Origin: Bradymonadia bacterium
GTDB lineage: Bacteria; Myxococcota_A; Bradymonadia; UBA7976; UBA1532
Assembly (NCBI GenBank): GCA_044376085.1
Contig: JBILLN010000017.1
Location: 3,186-67,185 of the forward strand
Direction: 5' to 3'
DNA: 64,000 bases
Shown here in pieces: positions 28,201 to 37,592 of this stretch. The notes beneath the pieces are model-generated. The model made no database searches, had not been told where the DNA came from, and saw only the letters and a program-made list of their open reading frames with translations. Numbering within the stretch: position 1 is the first letter of the stretch; each line of letters starts with the position of its first letter. Made by a program: the position numbers and the translations under genes.

Positions 28201-28528
28201 CACCGTGCTCGCGACGGCGGGCACGGCCTTGGTGCTCGAGGCGGCCGGCGTCGCCTGCGCGCGGATCGCCAAGGAGTACGAACCGGCTCCGAACACGATT
28301 ACGGCACTGTCCGAGCGCTCGATCCATCTGGTATTTACGACGGTGCGTCACAAGCAAGGCATCCGCCGGTCCCAAGGGCTGCGACGGGCGGCCCTGCGCA
28401 ACGGCGTGCCCTATTTCACGACGCTGGCGGGGGCGCGGGCCGCGGTGGCAGCCCTCGTTCGACTGGCGGGCACCGGCCCCCTCGAGGTCCGGTCGCTGCA
28501 AGCGCTCCACGGCGCCCCGTCGCCCTGA
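25250..28528 (+). CDS. carB: Carbamoyl-phosphate synthase large subunit.
   Basis: The N-terminus is [37 protein letters not shown]. Both ATP-grasp halves are duplicated. The C-terminal MGS-like domain is present. Length is 1092 aa. Confidence 0.95.
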   Translation: MPRRTDIRKILIIGSGPIVIGQACEFDYSGTQACKALRREGFEVVLINSNPATIMTDPETADRVYIEPITLEFVRRVIEKERPDAVLPTLGGQTALNMALALHDAGVLAEFGCELIGAKVEAIRKAEDRELFRQAMQRIGLDMPRSGVGRTLEEIRTIVETTGYPVILRPSFTLGGTGGSIARTPAELEEFGRWALDMSPTREVLVDESILGWKEYELEVMRDTADNVVIICSIENLDPMGVHTGDSITVAPAQTLTDREYQYLRDASLAVIREIGVDTGGSNVQFGVCPTTGRVVIIEMNPRVSRSSALASKATGFPIAKIAALLAVGYHLDELKNDITRVTPASFEPTIDYVVTKIPRFTFEKFPGTEPVLGTQMKSVGEAMAIGRTFQESLQKALRSLETGTWGLVPRYVDEAAAHDPEADTPEAAEIRTLLREALKVAHPERLLHVADAMRVGLSDAEIYGLCHFDPWFLRQIRGIVELENTLWATRGSPLSPALLRRAKRAGFADRRLATLLGLDEASVRALRRTHGVQPVYKAVDTCAAEFEAFTPYLYSTYEVFDEAPPSDRRKIMILGGGPNRIGQGIEFDYCCVHAALSLREDGYETIMVNCNPETVSTDYDTSDRLYFEPLTLEDVLAIVERERPLGVIVQFGGQTPLKLAVPLERLGVPILGTSPDAIDRAEDRERFAALLDTLGLKQPPNGIARSLDEALRVIEGIGYPVVVRPSYVLGGRAMEIVGDEENLRRYMRDAVQVSPEHPVLIDRYVGGAVELDVDCVSDGEHVVIGGVMEHVEEAGIHSGDSACSLPPYSVPDRVVDALRVQTAAMARALGVVGLMNVQFAVRFGPDREDEIFVLEVNPRASRTVPFVSKAIGRPLAKIAARAMAGQSLASQGFTREIVPRYTSVKESVFPFVKFQGADSVLGPEMKSTGEVMGVDVDFPCAFAKAQAAAFNALPTRGRVLVSLADEDKQGAVELARPLVELGFTVLATAGTALVLEAAGVACARIAKEYEPAPNTITALSERSIHLVFTTVRHKQGIRRSQGLRRAALRNGVPYFTTLAGARAAVAALVRLAGTGPLEVRSLQALHGAPSP

Positions 28529-28546
28529 AACCGAGACGAACCGACG

Positions 28547-29023
28547 ATGTCCGAACGCCTCCCCATGACCCGTGCCGGGTTCGAGACGCTGCGCGAGCGG
28601 CTCAACCGCCTCAAGACGACGGACCGCCGCGAGGTCGCGCGCGAAATCGAGATTGCTCGGGGCCACGGTGACCTGCGCGAGAACGCCGACTACGACGCGG
28701 CAAAGAACAAACAGGGCATGATCGAGGCCAACATCCGCGATCTGGAGGACAAACTCGCCCGCGCCGAGGTCATCGACGTTGCCACGTTGTCGGGTGAACG
28801 CGTGGTCTTCGGCGCGACGGTGACGATCTCGGATACGAAGGACGGCGCCGAGCAGACGGTGCAGATCGTCGGCGAGGTCGAAGCCGACACCAAGAACGGG
28901 CGCATCTCCGTGACGTCGCCGCTGGCGCGGGCGCTGGTCGGCAAGAGTGTCGGAGACACGGTCAAGGCGCAGACGCCCGGCGGCGTGCGCGAGCTCGAAA
29001 TCATCGACGTTGTCTTCCGGTGA
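28547..29023 (+). CDS. greA: Transcription elongation factor GreA.
   Basis: It has the N-terminal coiled coil with the REIEIARGHGDLRENADYDAAK acidic tip and the C-terminal FKBP-like domain. Length is 158 aa. Confidence 0.9.
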   Translation: MSERLPMTRAGFETLRERLNRLKTTDRREVAREIEIARGHGDLRENADYDAAKNKQGMIEANIRDLEDKLARAEVIDVATLSGERVVFGATVTISDTKDGAEQTVQIVGEVEADTKNGRISVTSPLARALVGKSVGDTVKAQTPGGVRELEIIDVVFR

Positions 29024-29111
29024 ACCGAGCCCGCGGCCGCGGGCGCTGAGCCCGGCCGCGCGGGAGGCGTTCGCGGCCCTCGCACGGGTCGCAGGCAAGC
29101 TCGGCGCGACC

Positions 29112-31646
29112 GTGCCCTCGGAGACGGCGCAGGCGCTCGTCGCGCCGTTGGGGGTGGTTGCGCAGGCGTTCGACGACACGCCCGAGGCGGCCATTCTGCG
29201 GCGGCTGCGGGTCGGTGCCGTCTCGATCCCGACGGCCCCTCCCGAGCGGCAGGCGGCGTACGCCCGGGCGCTGCGCGAGGTCGTGGGCGCCCTGCGGCCC
29301 GCCGTCGAGGCCCCCACCGCGCCGGCAACCGGGTCTTTTGTCGCCGCGCCCGCCCCGATCCCCCGGGGCCCGGCAGCCCCGGTCCGCCGCCGCACGGCGG
29401 ACGCCGTGAACGGCTCGACGGCCCCGGCGGCGGAGGCCGATCCCGTGCGCCCGGCGCCGCCCGCGCAGCGGCCCCGCCGGGCCGAAGCCCCTCCGCCGGC
29501 GCCCCCCCCGCCGCCGCGGGAGGACCATCAGCTTCCGCCGACACCCCAGGCGGCGGCCTTCGATCGCCTCTGCCCGACCCCCCTGACGTCGCTGCCGGGG
29601 GTCGGTCCCTCGGTGGCCGCCCGGCTCGAAGCGGCCGGCATCCGGGACATCGGCGACCTTCTGCTGCTGCGTCCTCGCAAGTACCAGGACCGGCGCGACG
29701 TCACCCCCATCGCGGCGCTGACGGCCGGTGAGTTCGCCGTCGTACACGGTCGCATCACGCGCGCCAGCGCGGGGTTCGGGGGCGGCGGTCGGCGTTTCAT
29801 GATGGACCTCACCGACGATACGGGCACCCTCGTGTGCACGTTCTTCCGGATCAACACGGGCTTCGCAGCCCGCCAGTGGACGGTCGGGCGCGAAGTGACG
29901 GTGGCGGGTCCCGTGACCCTGTACCGCGAACGCCTGCAAATGGCCCATCCGGCCGTCGATCTGGGGGACGCGGCGTCGTCGACGGGCGAACTGCGGCCGA
30001 TCTACCCCGAGATCGAGGGCCTCGGAGAACGGATCGTCCGCAAGCTCGTGCGCGCCGCGCTGGACGGACACGCCGGGGAGTTGCCCGAGTCGCTGCCCCC
30101 GGCCGTGCTCGAGCGGACGGGCCTGCCCGGCCTCGGGGACGCCCTCCGCCGGGTCCACGCCCCCCCGCCGGACGCCGATCCCGCCGCGTTCCTTCAGTTC
30201 CGGGACCCCGCGCTGAAGCGATTCATCTTCGACGAGCTGCTCGCCCTTCAGCTCGCGCTGGGTTTCCGTCGACGAACGGCGGAGACGCGGGCGCCGGCCC
30301 CCATCGCGCCCCCCGCGGATCTGGACGGGTGGCTGGGCCGCGTGCTGCCGTTCGCCCCCACCGGAGCGCAGCGCCGCGTCATCGGGCACATCCGGGACGA
30401 TTTGGCCGCCGGGCGTCCCATGAACCGGCTCCTCCAGGGGGACGTGGGCAGCGGCAAGACGGCGGTGGCATACGCGGCCGCGCGGTTGATGCAGACGGCC
30501 GGCTTCCAGACCGCTTTGATGGCGCCCACGGAGATCCTCGCCCAGCAGCACCTGCGAACCCTCGGGCCCCTTTTCGAGGCGGCCGGACTCCGGGCCGCCG
30601 TACTCACGAACGGCCTGCCGCGGCGTGAGCAACGTCTGATCCGCGAGCTGACGCTGGCGGGGGCGGTGCACTGCCTGATCGGGACGCACAGCCTGCTCTC
30701 CGAGGATCTCGGGTTCGCCCGCCTCGGGCTGGCGATCGTGGACGAGCAGCACCGCTTCGGGGTCCGGCAGCGGCTCGCCCTCCGACAGAAGGCGGTGGTC
30801 CCGCACCTGCTCGTCATGACCGCCACGCCGATTCCCCGGACGCTCGCGCTGACGGCCTATGGCGACCTCGAGGTTTCGGTGCTCGACGAGCTGCCCCCGG
30901 GGCGGCTGCCGGTCAAGACGACCCTTCACCGCCGCAGCATCCGCGACGAGGTCTTCACCCGGGTCCGCGGCCTCATCGCCGAGGGTCGACAGGCCTATGT
31001 GGTCTTCCCCCTCGTCGAAGAGTCGGAGGCCAGCGACCTCGCCGACGCGACCTCGTCCCACGAGGCTTTGAGTCAGGGCGCGTTCGCCGGCCTTCGGGTG
31101 GGGCTCATCCACGGTCGCATGGCCCCCGAGGCCAAGGACGCCGCGCTTCGCGCGTTCGCGGCGGGTGCGCTCGACGTGCTGGTCACCACCACGGTCATCG
31201 AGGTCGGGATCGATGTCCCGAACGCATCGGTGATGATCATCGAACACGCCGAACGGTTCGGGCTCAGCCAGCTGCACCAGCTCCGGGGGCGGGTCGGGCG
31301 CGGCGGACACGCGGGCTTCTGCCTGCTGCTGTGCGACGAGCACCCGACGGAAGAGGCTCTCGAACGCCTCCGGACGATGGTGCGGACGCAGGACGGCTTC
31401 GAAATCGCCCAGGCCGATCTCGAGCAACGCGGGCCGGGGGAGGTCCTCGGCACCCGCCAGGCCGGTGTCACGGATCTGCAGATCGCCGATCTGGTGCGCG
31501 ACGCCGCGCTCGTCGAGCTCGCCCGCGAGGTCGCCACCGAGCTCTTGACCCGCGATCCGCAGCTGCGCGCCGCTGAGCATGCCGTCCTGCGGCGGGTGGT
31601 CTGGTCGAAGTGGGGCGAACGCCTCGAGCTCGTCGAGGCCGGTTAG
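29112..31646 (+). CDS. recG: ATP-dependent DNA helicase RecG. The 5' end is uncertain because a Pro/Ala-rich region precedes the wedge domain.
   Basis: LTSLPGVGPSVAARLEAAGIRDIGDLLLLRPRKYQDR matches the RecG N-terminal signature. Walker A is GDVGSGKT. The DEQH box is present. The TRG motif is HQLRGRVGRG. The open frame extends back to 28947, overlapping greA. The first plausible start is a GTG at 29112, and others occur up to about 29530. Confidence 0.8.
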   Translation: MPSETAQALVAPLGVVAQAFDDTPEAAILRRLRVGAVSIPTAPPERQAAYARALREVVGALRPAVEAPTAPATGSFVAAPAPIPRGPAAPVRRRTADAVNGSTAPAAEADPVRPAPPAQRPRRAEAPPPAPPPPPREDHQLPPTPQAAAFDRLCPTPLTSLPGVGPSVAARLEAAGIRDIGDLLLLRPRKYQDRRDVTPIAALTAGEFAVVHGRITRASAGFGGGGRRFMMDLTDDTGTLVCTFFRINTGFAARQWTVGREVTVAGPVTLYRERLQMAHPAVDLGDAASSTGELRPIYPEIEGLGERIVRKLVRAALDGHAGELPESLPPAVLERTGLPGLGDALRRVHAPPPDADPAAFLQFRDPALKRFIFDELLALQLALGFRRRTAETRAPAPIAPPADLDGWLGRVLPFAPTGAQRRVIGHIRDDLAAGRPMNRLLQGDVGSGKTAVAYAAARLMQTAGFQTALMAPTEILAQQHLRTLGPLFEAAGLRAAVLTNGLPRREQRLIRELTLAGAVHCLIGTHSLLSEDLGFARLGLAIVDEQHRFGVRQRLALRQKAVVPHLLVMTATPIPRTLALTAYGDLEVSVLDELPPGRLPVKTTLHRRSIRDEVFTRVRGLIAEGRQAYVVFPLVEESEASDLADATSSHEALSQGAFAGLRVGLIHGRMAPEAKDAALRAFAAGALDVLVTTTVIEVGIDVPNASVMIIEHAERFGLSQLHQLRGRVGRGGHAGFCLLLCDEHPTEEALERLRTMVRTQDGFEIAQADLEQRGPGEVLGTRQAGVTDLQIADLVRDAALVELAREVATELLTRDPQLRAAEHAVLRRVVWSKWGERLELVEAG

Positions 31647-31677
31647 TCCCGGACGGTGCCCGAGCGGGGCGGAAGAC

Positions 31678-32982
31678 CTACCGGTCTCCGAGGCGCTCGA
31701 GGCGCTCCAGATTGCGACGCAGCACGTCGGATCCCGGCCGTTGCCGAAGCGCTTCCGTGAAGTGCCGACGCGCGCACGGCAGGTCGCCGGCCTCGGCGCA
31801 GGTCGCGCCGAGATTCTGGTGGGCCACGAAGCTGTCCGGATCCGCCTGAAGTTCGGCCGTCCAGAGCGTCGACTCCGTCTGCCAGTCTGCGGCGCGGAGC
31901 GGCGTGAGCGCCAGACCGAGCAGGGGCGGGAGGGCCAGACCGAGGCGGGCGGGCGGGCGCAGGCGGTCCCAGAGCGCCGCGACGACGAGGCCGAGGCCAA
32001 CCAGCGGCACGTACAGGTACCGCGGCGCGACGAGGGTGCTGATGGGCACCAGATGCAGCACGGGGAGGAGCGTCCCGAGCGCGAGGAGCGTCCCCCAACG
32101 AGCGACGCCTCGTCCGCGCCACACGAGAGCGGCGCCGCCCACGAGCAGGACGATGCCGACGATCGTGTCGAAACCGAAGTGCGGGAGGTCCGGCAGCGCG
32201 TAGACCGCCCGGAGATCGATCGGCAGGACCGCCAGAGCGGCGTAGAACGCCGTCAGGTTCGGCACGGCGACCGGACGGTCGGCCGGGTCCACCAGGCGAA
32301 GGGCGGGGCCCTCGACGTCCGCCAGCAGGCGGCCGGCGATCACGGCCACGGCGACGGCACCCAGGGCGAGTCCGACCGTGCGCCGGTGCCGACCCGGCGC
32401 CGCCAGCAGACAGAGCGCCGGCAGGGCACCGAGGGCGACCTCCTTCGAACCGAGCGCCAGGCAGAAGGCCAGGAGGGCACCCAGCGAACCCCATCGCGTC
32501 CCCGCGACGACCCCGTGGGCGGCCAACAGGCAGAAGAACGCCGCGAACAGGTCGGTCCGCCCGGAGATGAAGTCGACCGCCTCCGTCAGGGCCGGATGCA
32601 GACCGAACGTGGCCGCTCCCAGCGCGGCGGCCACGGTGGACAGGCCAAGGCGTCGCCCGAGCCCGAAAACGAGCGCCACGTTTGCCAGATGCACGAGCAG
32701 ATTGGTCAGGCGGAACGCGAGCGGCGCCCCTTCGGTCAGCTGCCAGGTGACGGCATTGACCAGCACGGGCAGCGGCCGGAGGTACCCTCCGCCGGGCGCC
32801 GAGAGGGTCGCGGGAAAGAAGTCCGAGAGCGCCTCGGGCAGCGCGGTGTCGACGCGGTGCGCCGTCGGGCGGTCCCGGAGAAGAATGAGGTCGTCCCAGA
32901 CGAAACCGCCCCCCAGCGAGGGGACGTGCACGAGGGCGCACACGAAGAGGAGGCCGAAGAGGAGGCGGTGGGCGAGGGTCAA
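31678..32982 (-). CDS. Polytopic membrane protein with C-terminal TPR repeats (GT-C/PMT-like membrane domain plus TPR; TMTC-like architecture).
   Basis: It has about 11 hydrophobic helices and the N-terminal loop GGGFVWDDLILLRD. The C-terminal TPR region is HQNLGATCAEAGDLPCARRHFTEALRQRPG. It lies immediately downstream (68 nt) of metalloprotease gene 1. Confidence 0.6.
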   Translation of the reverse strand: MTLAHRLLFGLLFVCALVHVPSLGGGFVWDDLILLRDRPTAHRVDTALPEALSDFFPATLSAPGGGYLRPLPVLVNAVTWQLTEGAPLAFRLTNLLVHLANVALVFGLGRRLGLSTVAAALGAATFGLHPALTEAVDFISGRTDLFAAFFCLLAAHGVVAGTRWGSLGALLAFCLALGSKEVALGALPALCLLAAPGRHRRTVGLALGAVAVAVIAGRLLADVEGPALRLVDPADRPVAVPNLTAFYAALAVLPIDLRAVYALPDLPHFGFDTIVGIVLLVGGAALVWRGRGVARWGTLLALGTLLPVLHLVPISTLVAPRYLYVPLVGLGLVVAALWDRLRPPARLGLALPPLLGLALTPLRAADWQTESTLWTAELQADPDSFVAHQNLGATCAEAGDLPCARRHFTEALRQRPGSDVLRRNLERLERLGDR

Positions 32983-33051
32983 GAGCGGGCCTGGGGCGGC
33001 CCGGGCCGCGGGTGAGGGGGAGCCGCGGGGGAGGGGGCGGGGCGCCGGCGG

Positions 33052-36000
33052 TCAGTCGTCGTAGGGTTCGCTGACGCGGCGGAACATGCGGAACTGGCTG
33101 ATGAGGTCGCTGAAGTGACCGAGCTGGGCCCGGCGCTGCTCGAGCTCGGTCAGCGCGGCGGGCTCCGTCGGGTTCTGCTCCTCGAGCGCCGCGAGGGCGG
33201 CGGCCTGCTCGTTGAAGTAGGTCAGCAGCGACACGCTGATGGACTCGCCGTCGACGACCTGGGGCGCCACGTACGTCACCCGGGTGATCGGGTCGAGGTA
33301 CTTGACGACGGGCGTGTCTTCGGGGAGCTCCCGCGCCTCACCGGACCCCTCTTCGAAGAGCATGATGTAGTCGCGGAAGTCGGTCTCGCCGTCGAAGGAC
33401 GAGGAGTTGTAGACGGCCGACAGACCGAGCGTGCGCCAGAGCAGGGCAGGGGGCACCTGAGCGTCGATGCGCAAGGGCATTTCGGTGGGCGACGCCGCCT
33501 CGGCGGGCGCGCCGGGGTCGGCCTCGAAGCCCCAGGTCTGCGGATCGACCAGGTTTTCGGCCGTGACCCGGCCCTCGTCGTCCACGACCAGGCCGGTGTG
33601 GCTCAGGGTGCCGATGCCGAGGTAGGAGAACAGCATGTCCTTGGCCATCTTCACGAGCTCGGGGCGGAACAGCCGGTAGTAGTTGATGGAGAACCGCCGG
33701 CTGTCACCGAAGTCCGTGACGTTGAAGAAGTTCGTCGAGTCGTCGAGCAGGAACTGGAGGAACGCCGACTTGTCGAAGAACGTCCCGATGTAGTCGATGT
33801 TGTAGAGGTACTGGTCGTCGTACCGGAGGAACTGGTCACGCCCGAGGCCCTCGGGCACGTCCACGTACTGCTCACAGGTCTGTCCGGTCTCCGGCAGGAA
33901 GACCCCGCGGGTCGCGTCGAGGCAGTGCCGACCGGGGACCGGCGTGCCCATCACGCGCGAGATGAAGTTCAGGGACTCGAGCGCGGCCTTCAGGTAGTCG
34001 CGGCCGATCGCGGAGGTCTGGTTGCCGTAGACGTAGTACCGGACAGCGTAGGTCAGGTCGTCGATGAGGCCGGCCTGCCGCCCCATGAACCCGTTGACGA
34101 ACCCGCTCTCCATCCGCCCGCGCCGGAAGTTGTTGAAGAAGTAGTAGTTCCAGTAGCGGCTGATCGAGTTGTGGACGACCTCGTGGTTGCTCGAGCCCTG
34201 GTCGAACATCTTGCAGCGGGACCGGAAGAGATACGCGTGCTCGCAGTACGCATAGGGCACCTCCCGGGCAGTATGGAAGGTGACGTCCGGATCGCTGATC
34301 GAGTCGATGATCGCGGCTGTATTGGCCTGGATGCCGGCCGAACGCTCGCGGACGACCTCGTGCACGTCGGCGTCCTTGCGGGCCTTGAGGGCGTCGAGGT
34401 CGTCGTTGAGGAGCGACGGCACGGCGTCGGCGCCGTAGACGTAGGCGACGTAGAGGCCGAAGCCCGGGATGACCGGGAGCTTCACGCTGTCCTCGAAGAC
34501 CTCGATCTTGCGCGCATAGGCAGCCTTCATGGCGGCGTGGTCGTACTTGCCGAGGCCCTTGGTGTCGCTGTTGAAGCGCCCGTGGTAGTCCATGATGGTC
34601 GAGTAGGTGTACTCGGGGACGCGAGCCTCCGCGCGGTCGTCGATACCGTTGTCGTCGTTGTCCCCCGGGGCGATCTCGGCGACCTTCTTCCAGTACTCGT
34701 CCTGGTAGTTCAGCGCGTCGACGGAGCCCTCGAAGTTGTGCGTGAGGCCCATCGTGTGGCCGATCTCGTGCAGCGTCACCCCGCGGTAGATCTCGCGGCG
34801 GAGAATCTGGAAGAGCTCCTCGGGATCCCGGTCCTTGAGCTCGAGGGCCAGGCCGATCACCGCGTCGTCCATCATCTCGAAGGTGTCGATGCGGTGGTTG
34901 CCGAGCCAGGCATTGCGCTTTTCCATGCGCTCCGCGTAGGCACGCAGATCGGTCGCTGCCTCGGTGGCGGCCTGCTTCAGGGCCGGGCTGGGGCGATCGG
35001 CGGGCTCGCCGGCGTTGAAGACCGGGGCCAGGAGCTGCTGGAGCTCGTTCGGCACCATCATCGCCGCGAAGTCCGGATCCTCCATGGCCCGGGCGAGGCG
35101 GGCCTGACCTTCGCTCTGGACGGCCCGCTCGAGGGTGGCCGGTTTCGCCAGGGCGCGGACCGCCTTGAACTCGTCGCCCATCGCGCGCGGATCGACGCGT
35201 TTGCCGGGCTGCACCGCCGAGGGGACGAGCCCCATCTGGTTGCGGGCCTTCTGGCGGCGGGCCTCCGCTTTGGCGACGGTCGCAGCGGACAGGCCCTGAG
35301 TGGCCGTCTCCGTCCCGCGGCTGCGCTCCAGCCAATCGGAGACGTTCTTGCCCTGGAGGAGGTCGGCGAGGGCCAGGTCGCCGTTGATGGCGCGGACGGT
35401 ATCGACGGCGTTGCGGGCGTAGTTGTCGAGGGCGGCGCCGTAAATGTTCGCGTTGGCGCTGATGATGCGGCCGTTCTCACCATCCGTGCCCGAGGGACCG
35501 TACCCGAGGGGGCCGTCGGGCTGCTGCTCGTTGACCCAGTTCAAGAAGCTGAACCGGACGTCCCCGACCTTCTGGTACTGGAAGTAGTCGGCCTCGCCGG
35601 CGTCGAGGGTGGCGCGCTTGAGGGCCGCGCAGACGCGGTGCAGGTTGCCGGGGACGAGGACCTTCCGGAGGCGGGCGACCGCCGTGGCGTCGAAGTCCGT
35701 CGGTTCGTCGCCGGACAGGATGTGGGTCTGCGGCTTCGTTTCGTCGGCGACGAGGGCCGCCTCGACGTGGGGGTAGAACGCGGGGTGCTCGGTGAGGTAG
35801 TCGACCACGCCCCGGACGCCGCAGGTGTTCTCCCGAATCTGGTACATCCCCCGATGCTGGAGTTCGTCGCCTTCGATGAAGTAGTGGCGGCCGGGCTGGG
35901 CCTTGCTGTAGGCCTCGATCTCCGAGCGGAGGGCGGCATCGTCCCGACCGGTCCCGGCCCGGACGGCGTCCATCATGGCCGCGTCCCAATCCTGCGCGAT

Positions 36001-37578
36001 GCGGACCGTCTCGGCCTTGAGGTCTTCGGGGAAGTCGATGTTCAGGTAGTAGACGATGGGCCGCGGCTTCCGGTCGGCCATCGGGATGGCCTTGGGCTGA
36101 CCGTCGGTGCCGGCGACGCGGACGGGCTTCCCCTCGGCGTCGAGCACGATGGTGGGCTGGCCGTCTTCGCCGGGCTCGGTCTCGAACTCGTAGGCCGTCT
36201 GCCAGATGGGGTGGATGTTGACGAAGTACTGGCGCTGCTCGTCGCGACCCGCGCCGGTCTGGCGGTCGTATCCGGGGCGCTCCGTGCGGAAGAAGCCATG
36301 GCGCTCGAACTGCTGGAAGCTCGAGTCGTCGCAGTCGCGCTCGGTGTAGTACCCGGGGGCGAAGTAGTTATCGAGCGCCGTGAAGAGGTCCGGATTGCAG
36401 GCCACCTCGGCGAAGGGCACGGAGCACTCGCCGGGGCGCCCGGCCTGCGCGTCGTCGAACGTGCGGATGCAGGCTTCGTTCTCGGTGCACTCCGAGTCGG
36501 CGAGGCAGTTCGGCTGGCAGAGACCATCGCGGCAGGCGTTGCCGAAGCTGCACGCCGTCGAATCCGTGCAGCCGCGGCACAGGCCCTCGACGCACGTCAG
36601 CCCGTCCGAGCAGTTGGCGTCCGACGCGCACTGGCAGTTGGCGTCGACGCAGACGCAGAGGCCCTCCTGACACTCGAGGCCGTCCGGGCAGGCCGTCCGC
36701 TCGTCGCAGCTCCGGGACGGATCGTTGCTGCCGAACCGCTTGAGCGGGACGGGCAGGAACATCGTCTTCAGCGGCTTGCCATCGTCGTCGGTGTGCAGCA
36801 GCAGGTCGTCGTACTGGGTCGGCTCGAAGCGGGCCGACTCGACGTGGTCGATCTGCCAGAACGAGTGGCGAAGCCGAACGTCGGAGGAGGCGCAGCCCCA
36901 CTCGCCGTAGAGATAGCCGCACGTGAAGTCGTCGCCGACGATCCGCCGTGTGGTCATTTCGATGTAGCCGGGCTCGATGACCGGCTGGTGGGGCGAGAAG
37001 CGGTACTCGGTGTCGAGGTCCAGGCGAACGACACCGCCGACGACGGAGTTCACGAAGTTCAGGAACTCCCCGAAGTCCGCGGCACCGCCGACCGCGGTGT
37101 CGACCCTGATCCGGAAGTACTCGCGCTCGTCCCAGGGACGGTCCGAACTGTTCTCGCCGATGACGTTCGACTGCTCGCCGGTCGCCGAGTTGTAGCTGCG
37201 CTTGATGTCGAAGTGGCTGACGACGTCGAACATCGCAACGGGGTCGCCCTTGTAGTCGGACCCGGGCAGCGTGCGGTCTTCGTCGATGCCTGGCACGCCT
37301 TCGTGCGTGCGGTAGGCGATGAGTTTGTCCTCGCGGATCTCCCAGCGAATCTTCTCGATGTCCGCCTCGAGGCCGACGAACGCGCCCGAGAGGCCGGTGC
37401 CCGGATCGGACTCGACGATGGTCTGCCGGTAGTACCACTCCTTCTCGAAGAGGGACTTGGACAGATAGCCGGGCTGAACGGTGTTGATGTCCCCGACGGG
37501 CTCCGCACAGGCGGCCGCCAGGAAGCTCACGGCGAGGGCGGCGAGGCCGCGGGTCGTGCGATTGAGATGAGCGATCAT
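33052..37578 (-). CDS. Giant metzincin-type zinc-metalloprotease lipoprotein (about 1508 aa) with an inserted myxobacterial cysteine-rich repeat module.
   Basis: The signal peptide with lipobox is MIAHLNRTTRGLAALAVSFLAAAC, with GAGGGAG upstream. The zinc site is HEIGHTMGLTHNF (HExxHxxGxxH), and the Met-turn is STIMDY. The Cys-rich insert is CDERTACPDGLECQEGLCVCVDANCQCASDANC... The start was set inside the 1701-aa ORF. Confidence 0.7.
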   Translation of the reverse strand: MIAHLNRTTRGLAALAVSFLAAACAEPVGDINTVQPGYLSKSLFEKEWYYRQTIVESDPGTGLSGAFVGLEADIEKIRWEIREDKLIAYRTHEGVPGIDEDRTLPGSDYKGDPVAMFDVVSHFDIKRSYNSATGEQSNVIGENSSDRPWDEREYFRIRVDTAVGGAADFGEFLNFVNSVVGGVVRLDLDTEYRFSPHQPVIEPGYIEMTTRRIVGDDFTCGYLYGEWGCASSDVRLRHSFWQIDHVESARFEPTQYDDLLLHTDDDGKPLKTMFLPVPLKRFGSNDPSRSCDERTACPDGLECQEGLCVCVDANCQCASDANCSDGLTCVEGLCRGCTDSTACSFGNACRDGLCQPNCLADSECTENEACIRTFDDAQAGRPGECSVPFAEVACNPDLFTALDNYFAPGYYTERDCDDSSFQQFERHGFFRTERPGYDRQTGAGRDEQRQYFVNIHPIWQTAYEFETEPGEDGQPTIVLDAEGKPVRVAGTDGQPKAIPMADRKPRPIVYYLNIDFPEDLKAETVRIAQDWDAAMMDAVRAGTGRDDAALRSEIEAYSKAQPGRHYFIEGDELQHRGMYQIRENTCGVRGVVDYLTEHPAFYPHVEAALVADETKPQTHILSGDEPTDFDATAVARLRKVLVPGNLHRVCAALKRATLDAGEADYFQYQKVGDVRFSFLNWVNEQQPDGPLGYGPSGTDGENGRIISANANIYGAALDNYARNAVDTVRAINGDLALADLLQGKNVSDWLERSRGTETATQGLSAATVAKAEARRQKARNQMGLVPSAVQPGKRVDPRAMGDEFKAVRALAKPATLERAVQSEGQARLARAMEDPDFAAMMVPNELQQLLAPVFNAGEPADRPSPALKQAATEAATDLRAYAERMEKRNAWLGNHRIDTFEMMDDAVIGLALELKDRDPEELFQILRREIYRGVTLHEIGHTMGLTHNFEGSVDALNYQDEYWKKVAEIAPGDNDDNGIDDRAEARVPEYTYSTIMDYHGRFNSDTKGLGKYDHAAMKAAYARKIEVFEDSVKLPVIPGFGLYVAYVYGADAVPSLLNDDLDALKARKDADVHEVVRERSAGIQANTAAIIDSISDPDVTFHTAREVPYAYCEHAYLFRSRCKMFDQGSSNHEVVHNSISRYWNYYFFNNFRRGRMESGFVNGFMGRQAGLIDDLTYAVRYYVYGNQTSAIGRDYLKAALESLNFISRVMGTPVPGRHCLDATRGVFLPETGQTCEQYVDVPEGLGRDQFLRYDDQYLYNIDYIGTFFDKSAFLQFLLDDSTNFFNVTDFGDSRRFSINYYRLFRPELVKMAKDMLFSYLGIGTLSHTGLVVDDEGRVTAENLVDPQTWGFEADPGAPAEAASPTEMPLRIDAQVPPALLWRTLGLSAVYNSSSFDGETDFRDYIMLFEEGSGEARELPEDTPVVKYLDPITRVTYVAPQVVDGESISVSLLTYFNEQAAALAALEEQNPTEPAALTELEQRRAQLGHFSDLISQFRMFRRVSEPYDD

Positions 37579-37592
37579 TGGTCGGGTCTCCC

